64,000 bases of DNA from Verrucomicrobiota bacterium (GTDB taxonomy: Bacteria > Verrucomicrobiota > Verrucomicrobiia > Opitutales > Coraliomargaritaceae): NCBI GenBank assembly GCA_039815375.1, contig JBCBZJ010000014.1, positions 1-64,000 of the forward strand, read 5' to 3'. Shown piece by piece: positions 43,714 to 53,662 of the stretch. A model generated the notes under the pieces. That model ran no database searches and was not told the DNA's origin. It saw nothing but the letters and a program-made list of their open reading frames with translations. The stretch's first letter is position 1. Every line of letters begins with the position of its first letter. Both the position numbers and the translations under genes were made by a program.

Positions 43714-46700
43714 CTAATCCACCGATATTGGAGGACTCTGTTCAAACACCTGAATCTGGAAGAAGCTTTGCCCGGCTGAGATTGGGGCCGTCCCGGTAAC
43801 GGACAATCTATCCGCCTCCTGGACTATTCGACTTGGGGCCATAGCAAAGGACGACTGTTCGAGATTATCCGATGCCAATAGCTCGAGACTGAAGCCACCG
43901 AGCCCCGGCTGCGACGGGAAACTAATCGATGGATAAGTATTTCCATCCTCGTCCTCAACCAAACTGAATTTAAAATCCTGAAGATCCGGAACCAGAGGCG
44001 AAGTGCCCGCGAGATACTCGAAGAAATTCACAATACCGTCTTTGTCAGGATCTGCACCGATACCGACGATCTCGAGATTCAACAAATCCGAGATATCAAA
44101 AGTCTCATTGACGAAGGCGTTGAAATCCGTCACCGGCTCGTGCACGGTTACCTGAATCTGATTCGTTAAATAAGTAACGGAAGCAGTATAGCCGGGAGCC
44201 CCGACTGTTCGTATACCATTGAAGGTGCCGGAAAGAAGATTGCATTCAACAATTGTAAAGGATTGGCCGTCACTGGGAAGAAACTCAGTATCAAAGACGA
44301 CTTCAAGGGTGCCATTTACAGAAAAATTTCCATTCACATCGAAAACGCTGGAGCCATTGCTAAAGACGCGCGCTCGGTGAACCGCGTTGGTCGTGTAGCC
44401 GATATCGCCATTTACCGTCAAGGTTCCCAAATCCGGAGGTGTCGAGATCTCCAGGGATTCAAATCGAAGACGCTGCCTACCGGACTCATCATGCGCTGAC
44501 CCGAGCAATGACCCCGTCACCGGCGAATCATCCTCAAGCTCTTCTTCACTCGCATCAATGTAGAAGGCATCGACGGTGCCGTTGATCTCAAGGTCTCCCG
44601 TTACTTCGCCATAGCCGCTGAAATCCGAATCAATTCCGTAGTCGTAGGTATAAAAACTCGTCGTCGTTGAATTAAGAAGGAGGGCTCTCGTCCCTGGATC
44701 CAAATTCACATAATCAATGTAGTAATCCGAGAAATCGTCTGAATCTGAACTACGTTGAAGGGTGTATTCACCTCCGGAGGTCAGGTCAAAGCCGGCACCA
44801 TTCACATCGAGATCCTGACATGTCATCGTCATGGAGCCGCCATTGACAGTAAGCTCCGCATTCCAAGTGAGCTCACCGACACTGATGGAAGTCGATTCGT
44901 CCGAGCTCTCCGGGTCCAGTTCGTAGGTATAGGTGCAACCGTTTTGGACTTCCATCGATCCATTGATTCCACCAATTGAAGCGCCCGGGGTCATGGTAAC
45001 GGTCGAGCCGCCGCTGCAGACAAATTTTGTGTCATTGCGCAAAGTAATTGCCCCATCCATCTGTAGGCTCCCGGAATTGAGAAGAAACGTGCTGTCCCCG
45101 GCCGAGATGCCCTGACCTTTAATAAGTAGAGACCCTTGATTATCAAAATCGACGACTTCATCGGTGATAGAATCAACCAAGATAACCTGGTCGACCGTCG
45201 CAGCCCCTTTGTTAACAATCTTACCCAGTGCCCCAATTAAAAAGCCCGTTTCGAGGGTCATTGAAGCACCCTCCTCGTTTGTTAGCCGGGATTGAAGACT
45301 TCCACCTTTTCCGATAAAGTTCCCCGTATTTTTGACCGGCGAACTGATCGAACCACCAGACATCAGGAACTTCGTCTCGTCCGTGCACTGGAGCTCGGCT
45401 TCGAAGTCATCCGGGGCTTCGATTTCTGCGCTTGAAACCAACTCGATCGTTCCCTTGCCGCTTGCCCGCAGCCTCCCGATATCGATTCTATCGGAACCCC
45501 CCGGATCGTTGGAAAGGACGACTTTAGCATCATTTTTTAATTCAAAGTTTGCGCCTCCTTCGATCTCAATCGGCGATGAGATCACCACATCAGCTCCCCC
45601 GTCTACATCAATGATCCCCTCGCGAAACGCGGCACCATCCAAGATTCGTAAGCGCGACCCATCTTCCAGCACGAGCTTACCCGTGCTGGCGAATTGCTCG
45701 TATGTATCGATCTGAGTAACATTCGTTACCGAAGTCGCGGAAGGCTTAATCGTCAAAGTCCCGTCATTCTCAACGCTCGTCCTTAAATCGCCGCCTTCCT
45801 GGACAGTAATTTCTCCCGAGGGAAAGTTAATCAGTGGACGATTTAAAAGTTCCTCAGAGCCGGTCGCCAGAATAGTGCGGCCCGACTGGAGATTGATCAT
45901 CCCGCGGTTCTCGAGTCGCCCATTGATCCCGATTTCAAGGTCGCGTATTTCAATCGTTCCCCGGTTGTCGACTTTGCTCGATTCGACAGGATCAACGCCG
46001 ATACTCGCCCGAGCGAAGAAAATATGCCCATCGTTGCGCAAGGATTCACTAAGGATTTTCGTTCTCGCCGAAGTACTAAGATCACCGATCTCAAGCGGGA
46101 GTGATTCAGGAAAGTTCACGGTTTGTGAGCCACCCGTAATGTCTGCTGCACCAACTAAAAAGCGTCCACTGTCTTGTCCTTCTTCGGTTAGATCGGTTAC
46201 CGTGAAGTTGGCTAGTTCTACTTCACCCTGCAGAATTTGAACTTCGCCGCCATTGCCTATTTCCAAAGTAGCTTGATCCGTGAAGGTCAACTTCTCGGGA
46301 TCCGTGGTCGAATTACCCGGCTGAAAGATAAAGAAAGGCTCATCTGAAGTGCCTTCTTCTGGTTTCACCTCAAGCACGCCGCTGATGGTTCCTGCACGGA
46401 ATAAACTCAAGATTCCATCGCGAACAGCCAACCGTCCAGAGCTCATAAAAGGCGCTTGCAAACCTGCGAACCCAGAGACTTTGGAGATAAAGGTTCCCTG
46501 GTTTACAAAGCTGCCAAGATTCTCACCTTCGCCAGGAGAGGTGACATTTAGCGAGCCATTCAAAATCGAAAACGTGCCCGTGGCACCGTTCGTAAGAACA
46601 GAATTCGGTGCAAGTCTTAGGCTGGGCGAGAAAGAATTAATCGTTCCCGAGTTCGTAAACTGGCCAAGAATCTCAGGTGGATCCAATGAGACCGAAGTTG

Positions 46701-47754
46701 AAGGTAGGGTAATTGTTCCCGCCGCTGCGTTTTCAAAATTCCTGAGTTTGCCCCCACGCCAGCTGAAGAACCCACTATTTGTTAGGCTTCCGGTTTCCGC
46801 CTGGGTCCCGCCAACTAAGGTAAACGGAGCACCTTCGGCGAATTGAAACGTGCCGCTGCCACCCAAACCTCCGCGGGATTCAACCGAAACGGCTGCGTCC
46901 TCGAACTCTGAATCAGGGTCGTTACTGGCCTGACTCGTAAAGGTCCCTGTCACTGTGAGTGAACCTTCGAAACCTAGATCGCCTCCGTCAACAAACGAAA
47001 CGCTAGCTGAGTTCGCTGTTGATGGTCCATTGAATTGGATTTCCGTGTCTGATTTGATTTCAAGCGCCTTGAACGTTGCCTGCCTGCTGAATGCAAAACC
47101 ACCGGACTCACTTACAATCGTTCCGGTCGACTCGAAAACGGAGCTCACCGGGCAAAGTCCGCTTCCGCTCTGATTCTTCAGTGTGCCTGAGATAGAAATG
47201 TTTGTTGTATCCGAACCTCCCATATTGGAAGCACCAACAATTGGATTCAGAGTCACATCAACTGCTGTCAAAGAGGCACTGTCGAAAAGAGAAACTCCAT
47301 TATCCGTCAGAGTTAAAGAACCCGAAGAATTGTAATTCACGCCACTCGTGCTCAGGGTGCCGATAGTCGCCTCACCATTTACTGTAAGAACACCCGACCC
47401 AGTGCCCGAACCTTTGCTCAGGTTGAGCGTCACACCAGAAGCGTTGATCTTGTTCGCAATCAGGACATTTCCATCGAACTGGATGCTGCTTGCGCTTACC
47501 CCGGAGAGTGAGAAATCCGTCAGCGCAATGAACTGGTCCAAAACCAAAAAAGCCGATGTTCCATTGATGATCGCATTGTCCCCGTTTCCAGGGAATTCAG
47601 GGTCACTCGGCCCATCCCAATTATCACCTTCCGTCCAGTCGTTCGAGGCACTTTCCCCCGTGTAAGTGTAGTCGTTCGCTCCGCAAAGAACGAAACCCGG
47701 TAGCATAGAAAGAAACGGAACAACCGCACGACGAATCGTGAGTAGGTGACTCAT
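43714..47754 (-). CDS. Large secreted beta-strand-rich (autotransporter-passenger-like) surface protein
   Basis: Signal-like N-terminus (likely start MSHLLTIRR), G/S/T/N-rich NxGT repeats, C-terminal ADPDKDGIVNFFEYLAGTSP motif; no obvious beta-barrel end. Confidence 0.7.
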   Translation of the reverse strand: MSHLLTIRRAVVPFLSMLPGFVLCGANDYTYTGESASNDWTEGDNWDGPSDPEFPGNGDNAIINGTSAFLVLDQFIALTDFSLSGVSASSIQFDGNVLIANKINASGVTLNLSKGSGTGSGVLTVNGEATIGTLSTSGVNYNSSGSLTLTDNGVSLFDSASLTAVDVTLNPIVGASNMGGSDTTNISISGTLKNQSGSGLCPVSSVFESTGTIVSESGGFAFSRQATFKALEIKSDTEIQFNGPSTANSASVSFVDGGDLGFEGSLTVTGTFTSQASNDPDSEFEDAAVSVESRGGLGGSGTFQFAEGAPFTLVGGTQAETGSLTNSGFFSWRGGKLRNFENAAAGTITLPSTSVSLDPPEILGQFTNSGTINSFSPSLRLAPNSVLTNGATGTFSILNGSLNVTSPGEGENLGSFVNQGTFISKVSGFAGLQAPFMSSGRLAVRDGILSLFRAGTISGVLEVKPEEGTSDEPFFIFQPGNSTTDPEKLTFTDQATLEIGNGGEVQILQGEVELANFTVTDLTEEGQDSGRFLVGAADITGGSQTVNFPESLPLEIGDLSTSARTKILSESLRNDGHIFFARASIGVDPVESSKVDNRGTIEIRDLEIGINGRLENRGMINLQSGRTILATGSEELLNRPLINFPSGEITVQEGGDLRTSVENDGTLTIKPSATSVTNVTQIDTYEQFASTGKLVLEDGSRLRILDGAAFREGIIDVDGGADVVISSPIEIEGGANFELKNDAKVVLSNDPGGSDRIDIGRLRASGKGTIELVSSAEIEAPDDFEAELQCTDETKFLMSGGSISSPVKNTGNFIGKGGSLQSRLTNEEGASMTLETGFLIGALGKIVNKGAATVDQVILVDSITDEVVDFDNQGSLLIKGQGISAGDSTFLLNSGSLQMDGAITLRNDTKFVCSGGSTVTMTPGASIGGINGSMEVQNGCTYTYELDPESSDESTSISVGELTWNAELTVNGGSMTMTCQDLDVNGAGFDLTSGGEYTLQRSSDSDDFSDYYIDYVNLDPGTRALLLNSTTTSFYTYDYGIDSDFSGYGEVTGDLEINGTVDAFYIDASEEELEDDSPVTGSLLGSAHDESGRQRLRFESLEISTPPDLGTLTVNGDIGYTTNAVHRARVFSNGSSVFDVNGNFSVNGTLEVVFDTEFLPSDGQSFTIVECNLLSGTFNGIRTVGAPGYTASVTYLTNQIQVTVHEPVTDFNAFVNETFDISDLLNLEIVGIGADPDKDGIVNFFEYLAGTSPLVPDLQDFKFSLVEDEDGNTYPSISFPSQPGLGGFSLELLASDNLEQSSFAMAPSRIVQEADRLSVTGTAPISAGQSFFQIQVFEQSPPISVD

Positions 47755-48172
47755 GACCTGAGACACTTGCGAAAAAACAGTAAAGCGCAAGAAATGATGA
47801 TTAATAAATCCAATAAACGATTTGGTCAAAAATCCAGAGATATCAGGCTGGATTCTGCTCGACTAAAAGATGAGGTAAGCGATTTATCAAACCTACCGTT
47901 AATCACATCAGAGATGTGCCAACTCAGGATTCCCTTCGATAAAAGCGTTACTTGAATTCTTACCTGTTATCAAAATCGAAGTCGGCGAAGTGGAGATCGA
48001 TTTCGTCTACTTTGCCCTGGAGAGTAACCATAATTAGATTTGTTTTATAATTCCCTAAGGTCATTGGCATTCCGCTAGTAATCCAGATGAAGTAAGCCTT
48101 GATACTGACGAACTAAAACGCCGATTTCCGGCTCAACGATAAAGAATATTTATTGAAACTGATCCGGCGCCT

Positions 48173-48202
48173 AAAAAAAGCGCGCCCTTCCGGACGCGCT
48201 TT
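48173..48202 (-). terminator. Rho-independent terminator after ahcY
   Basis: Minus strand aaagcgcgtcc-ggaa-gggcgcgc followed by a T-tract. Confidence 0.85.
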
Positions 48203-48223
48203 GGAAAAGCTCTTTAGTTATGA

Positions 48224-49669
48224 CTAATATCGATAGTGCTCGGACTTGTAAGGGCCCCCGGACTTCACACCAATGTAAGCGGCCTGTTCATCGCTCAGGG
48301 TGGTGAGCTTGCAACCGATCTTTTCGAGATGTAAGCGGGCTACTTCCTCATCGATATGCTTCGGCAGGATATAGACACCCGGAGTATATTTCTCAACCTG
48401 CTTCCAGAGCTCGATCTGGGCGAGTGCCTGGTTAGTGAAGCTGTTCGACATGACGAAGCTAGGATGGCCGGTCGCACAACCGAGATTCACGAGACGCCCC
48501 TTTGCGAGAAGGTAGATGCTATTGCCATCGGGGAAGGTGTATTTATCGACCGCACCTTCGTGATCGGGCTTGATCTCCTCGACGTCAACGCCCGGCATGT
48601 CGTTGAGTTTGTCGACTTCGATTTCGTTGTCGAAGTGGCCAATATTACAAACGATGGCCTGATCTTTCATCTTCGACATGGCGTCGGCTGTAATGATGCC
48701 GTAGTTGCCGGTGGTAGTGACGTAAATATCGCCCCAGCCCAGCGTGTCTTCGACGGTCAATACGCGAAAGCCTTCCATGGCCGCCTGCAGTGCGCAAATC
48801 GGATCGACCTCGGTCACAACAACCTGAGCACCCATACCCTTAAGCGCAAAGGCGCAGCCCTTGCCCACATCACCGTAGCCGCAGACTACACCGACCTTAC
48901 CCGCAACCATAACGTCGGTCGCGCGCTTGATGCCATCGAGCAGAGACTCGCGGCAGCCGTAAAGATTATCGAACTTTGACTTCGTAACTGAGTCGTTCAC
49001 GTTAATGGCAGGGACCAGAAGCTTGCCGGCATTGTGCATTTCGTAGAGACGGTGGACTCCAGTCGTGGTTTCCTCGGAAACGCCCTTCCACTCCTTCACG
49101 ACTTCGTGCCAGTGATTCGGTTTCTCGGCATTGATCTTCTTGAGCAGGTCCTTGATCACCTGCTCCTCAAGGCTGCCAGAATCGGTGTTAACCCAGTCGC
49201 TACCCTCTTCGAGCTCGTAACCCTTGTGAATGAGAAGTGTGGCATCACCGCCGTCATCGACGATGAGCTGTGGACCGGAACCGTCCGGCCAGGTCAGCGC
49301 CTGCTCGGTGCACCACCAGTATTCCTCAAGAGTCTCGCCCTTCCAGGCAAAGACGGGCACGTCGAGATTTTTGGCCACATAGGCAGCTGCATGATCCTGG
49401 GTGGAAAAAATGTTGCAGGAACACCAACGCACGTCGGCGCCAAGCTCCTTAAGCGTCTCGATGAGAACCGCAGTCTGCACCGTCATGTGAAGCGATCCCA
49501 TGATGCGGACGCCCTTGAGCGGCTGCTCATCGCGGTATTTCTCGCGAGTCGCCATCAGGCCTGGCATCTCATGCTGGGCGATCTCGATCTCCTTCTGCCC
49601 GAAGTCGGCAAGGTTGATATCTTTGACCTTAAAGTCAGTCTTGGTTTTGGTGAATGTATCTGTGCTCAT
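48224..49669 (-). CDS. ahcY: Adenosylhomocysteinase
   Basis: [66 protein letters not shown]. Confidence 0.98.
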   Translation of the reverse strand: MSTDTFTKTKTDFKVKDINLADFGQKEIEIAQHEMPGLMATREKYRDEQPLKGVRIMGSLHMTVQTAVLIETLKELGADVRWCSCNIFSTQDHAAAYVAKNLDVPVFAWKGETLEEYWWCTEQALTWPDGSGPQLIVDDGGDATLLIHKGYELEEGSDWVNTDSGSLEEQVIKDLLKKINAEKPNHWHEVVKEWKGVSEETTTGVHRLYEMHNAGKLLVPAINVNDSVTKSKFDNLYGCRESLLDGIKRATDVMVAGKVGVVCGYGDVGKGCAFALKGMGAQVVVTEVDPICALQAAMEGFRVLTVEDTLGWGDIYVTTTGNYGIITADAMSKMKDQAIVCNIGHFDNEIEVDKLNDMPGVDVEEIKPDHEGAVDKYTFPDGNSIYLLAKGRLVNLGCATGHPSFVMSNSFTNQALAQIELWKQVEKYTPGVYILPKHIDEEVARLHLEKIGCKLTTLSDEQAAYIGVKSGGPYKSEHYRY

Positions 49670-49697
49670 GGTAATTTTAGTTTTGGAGTTTAAAGGT

Positions 49698-49732
49698 GCC
49701 CGCGAAGTGGCGCGAAGGTGTCACTAAGAATG
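49698..49732. repeat. Left arm of imperfect inverted repeat flanking the GxxExxY gene
   Basis: gcccgcgaagtggcgcgaaggtgtcactaagaatg: three CRCNAAG units; contains the GxxExxY stop codon. Confidence 0.75.
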
Positions 49733-50122
49733 CTCGGTGTTTACGATACGTTCCCATTCGAGACGTCCGTAAGACCCGAAATTGACGAGTAAACCAAGAG
49801 GGTATCCGGTTGCGGTTAAGTAATTGAGGACTTGAGAGCGGTGCTCGTTGGTCAGTTGCTTGACTGCTTTGATCTCCAACACCACTTGATCAAAAACGAA
49901 GAAATCAGGCTTGTAGTGCTGTTTGAGCTCGCGACCTCGATATTGAAGCTTCAACGATGCCTGAGCCATGAATTCCATTTGTTCCAACTCAAAATCAATC
50001 TCCAAGCACTCTTGGTAAACCGCCTCCAAGAAACCATTCCCCTTCTCAGTATGGACACGCATGCAAGACCCGATTATGGTGAAGCACTCGTCCTTTAAAA
50101 TAAGGCTCGTATCTTCACTCAT
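49724..50122 (-). CDS. GxxExxY protein (PD-(D/E)xK nuclease fold)
   Basis: GNGFLEAVYQECL (GxxExxY), PDFFVFDQVVLEIK, QVLNYL, GLLVNFG; likely start MSEDTSL at 50122. Confidence 0.93.
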   Translation of the reverse strand: MSEDTSLILKDECFTIIGSCMRVHTEKGNGFLEAVYQECLEIDFELEQMEFMAQASLKLQYRGRELKQHYKPDFFVFDQVVLEIKAVKQLTNEHRSQVLNYLTATGYPLGLLVNFGSYGRLEWERIVNTEHS

Positions 50123-50127
50123 ATCAT

Positions 50128-50161
50128 CATTCTTCGCGTTTCTTAGTGAAACTTGGCGGGC
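50128..50161. repeat. Right arm of imperfect inverted repeat flanking the GxxExxY gene
   Basis: Reverse complement gcccgccaagtttcactaagaaacgcgaagaatg aligns to the left arm at 24/35 positions (manual count), with identical gcccgc and aagaatg ends. Confidence 0.75.
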
Positions 50162-50168
50162 CAAAAAC

Positions 50169-51332
50169 TTAAAGAGCCGCCTTGAGTTCGTCCGCCTTGG
50201 CAGTGGATTCCCAGGGGAGGCCTTCCTTGGCATAGTGGCCGTAGTGCGTGGACTCTCGATAGATGGGGCGGAGCAAATCAAGCTGGCTGACTATGTCAGC
50301 TGGTTTAAAGCTGAAGACCTTCTGGGCAACTTCTGCGATCTTGTCGTCGCTCTCCTTGCCGGTGCCAAAGGTGTCCACATGGATGCTGGTCGGATATGGG
50401 TGACCGATGGCGTAGGCGACTTCGAGCTCACACTCGTCGGCAAGGCCGGCGGCAACGATGTTCTTCGCCACCCATCGGGTGAAGTAAGCAGCAGAACGGT
50501 CCACCTTTGAAGGATCCTTGCCGGAGAAAGCACCACCACCGTGGCGAGCCCAGCCGCCGTAGGTGTCCACGATGATCTTGCGTCCAGTGAGGCCTGCATC
50601 GCCCTGTGGTCCTCCAATGACGAAGTTTCCGGTCGGGTTGATCAGAAATTCGGTGTCATCCTTTAGGAGCTCAGACGGAAGCACTTTTCGGATTACTTCC
50701 TCGATACAAAATTCCTTGATCTCTGCGTGCTTCACATCGGCTGCGTGCTGGGTCGAGATGACCACATTCTTAATCGCAGCCGGTTTGCCATCAACATACT
50801 CAAGCGCGACCTGACTCTTCACATCAGGACGTAACCAAGGCACCTTGACTGTTTTGCGCTGATAGGCCATCTCGCGAAGGAGACGGTGCGCAAACATGAT
50901 CGGTGCAGGCATCAGCTCTGGAGTCTGGTTACAGGCATAGCCGAACATGATGCCCTGATCGCCTGCTCCTTGCTCTTCGGTATCCTTCCCTTCCGCGGCT
51001 GCGGCGTCCACACCCTGCGCGATATCAGCAGATTGAGCCGTCAGTATATTAGAAACGAAGACCTTGTCGGCGTGGAAGACGTCGTCGTCGTTGACGTAAC
51101 CAATATCACGGATCGCGTCACGGACGATATTCTCATAGTTCAACTTCGCACTGGTCGTGATCTCGCCCGCGAGCACCACGCAATTACTCTTAACCAGGGT
51201 TTCACAGGCCACGCGGCTCTTGGGATCTTGCTCAAGGCAAGCGTCAAGAACACTATCCGAAATGTAGTCGGATACTTTGTCGGGATGGCCTTCGCCAACA
51301 GACTCGGAAGAAAAAATGAAGTCTTTGCTCAT
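50169..51332 (-). CDS. metK: S-adenosylmethionine synthetase
   Basis: [54 protein letters not shown]. Confidence 0.98.
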   Translation of the reverse strand: MSKDFIFSSESVGEGHPDKVSDYISDSVLDACLEQDPKSRVACETLVKSNCVVLAGEITTSAKLNYENIVRDAIRDIGYVNDDDVFHADKVFVSNILTAQSADIAQGVDAAAAEGKDTEEQGAGDQGIMFGYACNQTPELMPAPIMFAHRLLREMAYQRKTVKVPWLRPDVKSQVALEYVDGKPAAIKNVVISTQHAADVKHAEIKEFCIEEVIRKVLPSELLKDDTEFLINPTGNFVIGGPQGDAGLTGRKIIVDTYGGWARHGGGAFSGKDPSKVDRSAAYFTRWVAKNIVAAGLADECELEVAYAIGHPYPTSIHVDTFGTGKESDDKIAEVAQKVFSFKPADIVSQLDLLRPIYRESTHYGHYAKEGLPWESTAKADELKAAL

Positions 51333-51376
51333 GGTGGCTTCGATTTATTAGTATCGAAGTGACCATGGCAAGAATT

Positions 51377-51404
51377 ACATCAAAATATCAGGATATTTTG
51401 ATAT
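51377..51404. promoter_or_regulatory. Palindromic operator upstream of metK (SahR-like)
   Basis: Perfect 11-bp inverted repeat atcaaaatatc-ag-gatattttgat (51379-51402), overlapping ATATCA-N8-TGATAT (51385-51404). Confidence 0.6.
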
Positions 51405-51407
51405 GTA

Positions 51408-51740
51408 TTAAATTTCCGAACCGTGCCCACCCAAATCATAGCGCTTGGCAGCCCGGGGAACGACCACGTCCATGAGGTCCCCAATCGAACGGTGCGCCTC
51501 CAACGGGTGCCGTAGCCGACCCTCTGCGTGTATGAAATAGCGGTTTTGACGGCCTACCCGCTCTCTTTCAATATATCCTGCATCTTCGAGCTCTGCAACG
51601 ATGCGCTGCACCGCTCGCTCGGTAATGCCTACCGATAAAGCTACTTCACGAAGCGGCTGTTCCGGGTTGCGCGCCAAACAAATCAAAACATGAGCATGAT
51701 TCGTGAAGAAATTCCAGTGCGGGGTCTGTGTATCAGACAT
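51408..51740 (-). CDS. Small winged-helix transcriptional regulator (WxFxTNHAHVL family)
   Basis: [54 protein letters not shown]; divergent from sbtA. Confidence 0.85.
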   Translation of the reverse strand: MSDTQTPHWNFFTNHAHVLICLARNPEQPLREVALSVGITERAVQRIVAELEDAGYIERERVGRQNRYFIHAEGRLRHPLEAHRSIGDLMDVVVPRAAKRYDLGGHGSEI

Positions 51741-51872
51741 GGTTGGGAAACTAGTCAGTTAGTCTGAAATGTAAACTACGAAATATCATTCGTGATAATT
51801 CCATCCAATAAGCTTGATTAAAGAATGTGCGTTGGTTTTTTCGTGATTTAAACAACGCAAAGTTTACTTACT

Positions 51873-52838
51873 ATGGATTCTCTGGCGCTATTAATATCCA
51901 ATCTCTTCTCCCCGCCTGTCGTAGCCTTCGGTGCGGGTATAGCGTCCGTCTGGTTAAAAGGCGACCTCAAGTTTCCCGACCAGGTCTATCAGGCGCTCAC
52001 CATATACCTACTTTTGGCAATTGGTTTCAAGGGAGGCACAGCAATGGCAACCTACGGCATCGGCCAACTCGCACTTCCTTTGCTAGCCACACTTGTTGCC
52101 GGGGCACTGATCCCCGTGGCCGTATTTTTTGCGACCCGCACCTTCCTCAAGATGAATGTTTCGAATGCGGCCGCGCTGGCAGCGCATTACGGTTCGGTAT
52201 CTGCCGTAACTTTTATGGCCAGCCTGGCATTCCTCGACAAACAGGGCGTACCCTATGAGGGCTTCATGCCGGCCATCATGGCCGCAATGGAGATACCGGC
52301 TATTTTCGTCGCCATGCTCATTGCACAGAAATTCAAAGGTGGATCGAAAATGTCGTTCTGGAGTTCGATCCACGAGGTCTTCTCAGGTAAAAGCTTTGTT
52401 CTCCTTGTCGCTGGACTCGTTGCTGGAGCTGTAGCCAGCGCCGAGGGCCGGGAACTGATCAAGCCCTTCTTGATCACTCCGTTTTACGGGGTTCTTATGC
52501 TTTTCCTGCTTGAGATGGGGCTGATCGCCGGCGAAAAGTTACGCGATGCCCGTCAAGCAGGCTGGAAGCTCGTGGCGTTTGCCCTCATCGCCCCTATTCT
52601 GCAGGGAGCATTCGGCATACTTCTGGCAAAAGCTATCGGCCTAAGTGCCGGAGGTGCCACCATCTTTGCCGTGATCTGCTCGAGCGCGTCCTATATCGCG
52701 GCACCCGCCGCAGTGCGTGCTTCTTTACCTGAGGCAAATCCGGGCTACTACGTAACGACTTCACTTGGAATCACGTTCCCTTTCAACCTCGTCCTCGGCA
52801 TTCCGCTCTATTACGCAATGACAGGCTGGATCTTTTAA
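51873..52838 (+). CDS. sbtA: Sodium-dependent bicarbonate transporter (SbtA family)
   Basis: YLLLAIGFKGG, AAHYGSVSAVTF, MEIPAI, FLLEMG, SASYIAAPAA, SLGITFPFN. Confidence 0.9.
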   Translation: MDSLALLISNLFSPPVVAFGAGIASVWLKGDLKFPDQVYQALTIYLLLAIGFKGGTAMATYGIGQLALPLLATLVAGALIPVAVFFATRTFLKMNVSNAAALAAHYGSVSAVTFMASLAFLDKQGVPYEGFMPAIMAAMEIPAIFVAMLIAQKFKGGSKMSFWSSIHEVFSGKSFVLLVAGLVAGAVASAEGRELIKPFLITPFYGVLMLFLLEMGLIAGEKLRDARQAGWKLVAFALIAPILQGAFGILLAKAIGLSAGGATIFAVICSSASYIAAPAAVRASLPEANPGYYVTTSLGITFPFNLVLGIPLYYAMTGWIF

Positions 52839-53662
52839 TTTCGGTCGAGGTAATTCCTCAGCTTGGCAATATCCTCCTCCATACGAACGAGAGTCTGTTT
52901 CAGATCGGCATGTTGCGCCTCCGGATCAGGCAATGTCGACAGTTCCTGCATGGTGGAGACGATAATCCCAATAAAAAGGTTCAGAATTGTGAAGGTCGCG
53001 ATGACAATGAACGGCACGAAAAAAGCCCAAGCCCAGGCAAACTCTTCCATCACTGGCCGGACAATACCCATGGACCAGCTTTCCAGTGTCATGATTTGAA
53101 AGAGCGAGAAGAGGCTTTCCCCAAGCGAACCGAACCACTGAGGAAAGGCCTCACCAAAAAGGTTCGTAGCCAAAACGCCCATCGTGTAGAAGAACACCAG
53201 CATCACCACAATCACGCCGGATAACCCGGGGATCGCGTGGATGAACGCCGCCACTACCTTCCTGAGCTGAGGCATTACCGTGAGAAGCCGCAGCACTCGA
53301 AGAATCCGCAGCGACCGAAGCACGGCCCAGGGACCAGCGTTCGGCACCAACGCAATAGTTACGACAAGGAAATCAAACCAGTTCCAGCCGTTACGCCAGA
53401 AATGCCAGCGGTAAGCCGCCAGTTTCAGGGCAATCTCTAATAGGAAGACAATCAGGCATAGCTTATCAAGGAAAACGAGGACGCCACCGAACCGCTCCAT
53501 GATCGTTGGGCTCGTTTCCAACCCAAGAATGAGCCCATTCAAAATAATAATCCCGATGATAAACTTCTGTATCGACGTCGACTCCACCCAACGCGCCAAT
53601 TTCACGCGCCATTGGGGCAAATCAGAACGCTCCAGAAGTCGAATCAGGTCTTGCTCGCTCAT
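52835..53662 (-). CDS. Bacterial voltage-gated sodium channel (BacNav family)
   Basis: S4 LRSLRILRVLRLL, selectivity filter FQIMTLESWSMGIVRP, S6 LNLFIGIIV, C-terminal coiled coil. Confidence 0.92.
   Translation of the reverse strand: MSEQDLIRLLERSDLPQWRVKLARWVESTSIQKFIIGIIILNGLILGLETSPTIMERFGGVLVFLDKLCLIVFLLEIALKLAAYRWHFWRNGWNWFDFLVVTIALVPNAGPWAVLRSLRILRVLRLLTVMPQLRKVVAAFIHAIPGLSGVIVVMLVFFYTMGVLATNLFGEAFPQWFGSLGESLFSLFQIMTLESWSMGIVRPVMEEFAWAWAFFVPFIVIATFTILNLFIGIIVSTMQELSTLPDPEAQHADLKQTLVRMEEDIAKLRNYLDRN

Noticed and set aside
49670..49723. SAH riboswitch upstream of ahcY
   Set aside because: Spacer is short, occupied by the inverted-repeat arm, and no consensus was recognised
50123..50281. 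N-terminal extension of GxxExxY in the ORF track (and similar extensions at 5992-6162, 26996-27184, 38709-38765, 56853-56969, 61040-61213)
   Set aside because: Extensions overlap neighbouring genes; downstream ATGs match the expected family N-termini
51375..51406. MetJ Met-boxes
   Set aside because: 8-bp periodicity is present, but matches to AGACGTCT are weak (about half the positions) and MetJ is mainly gammaproteobacterial
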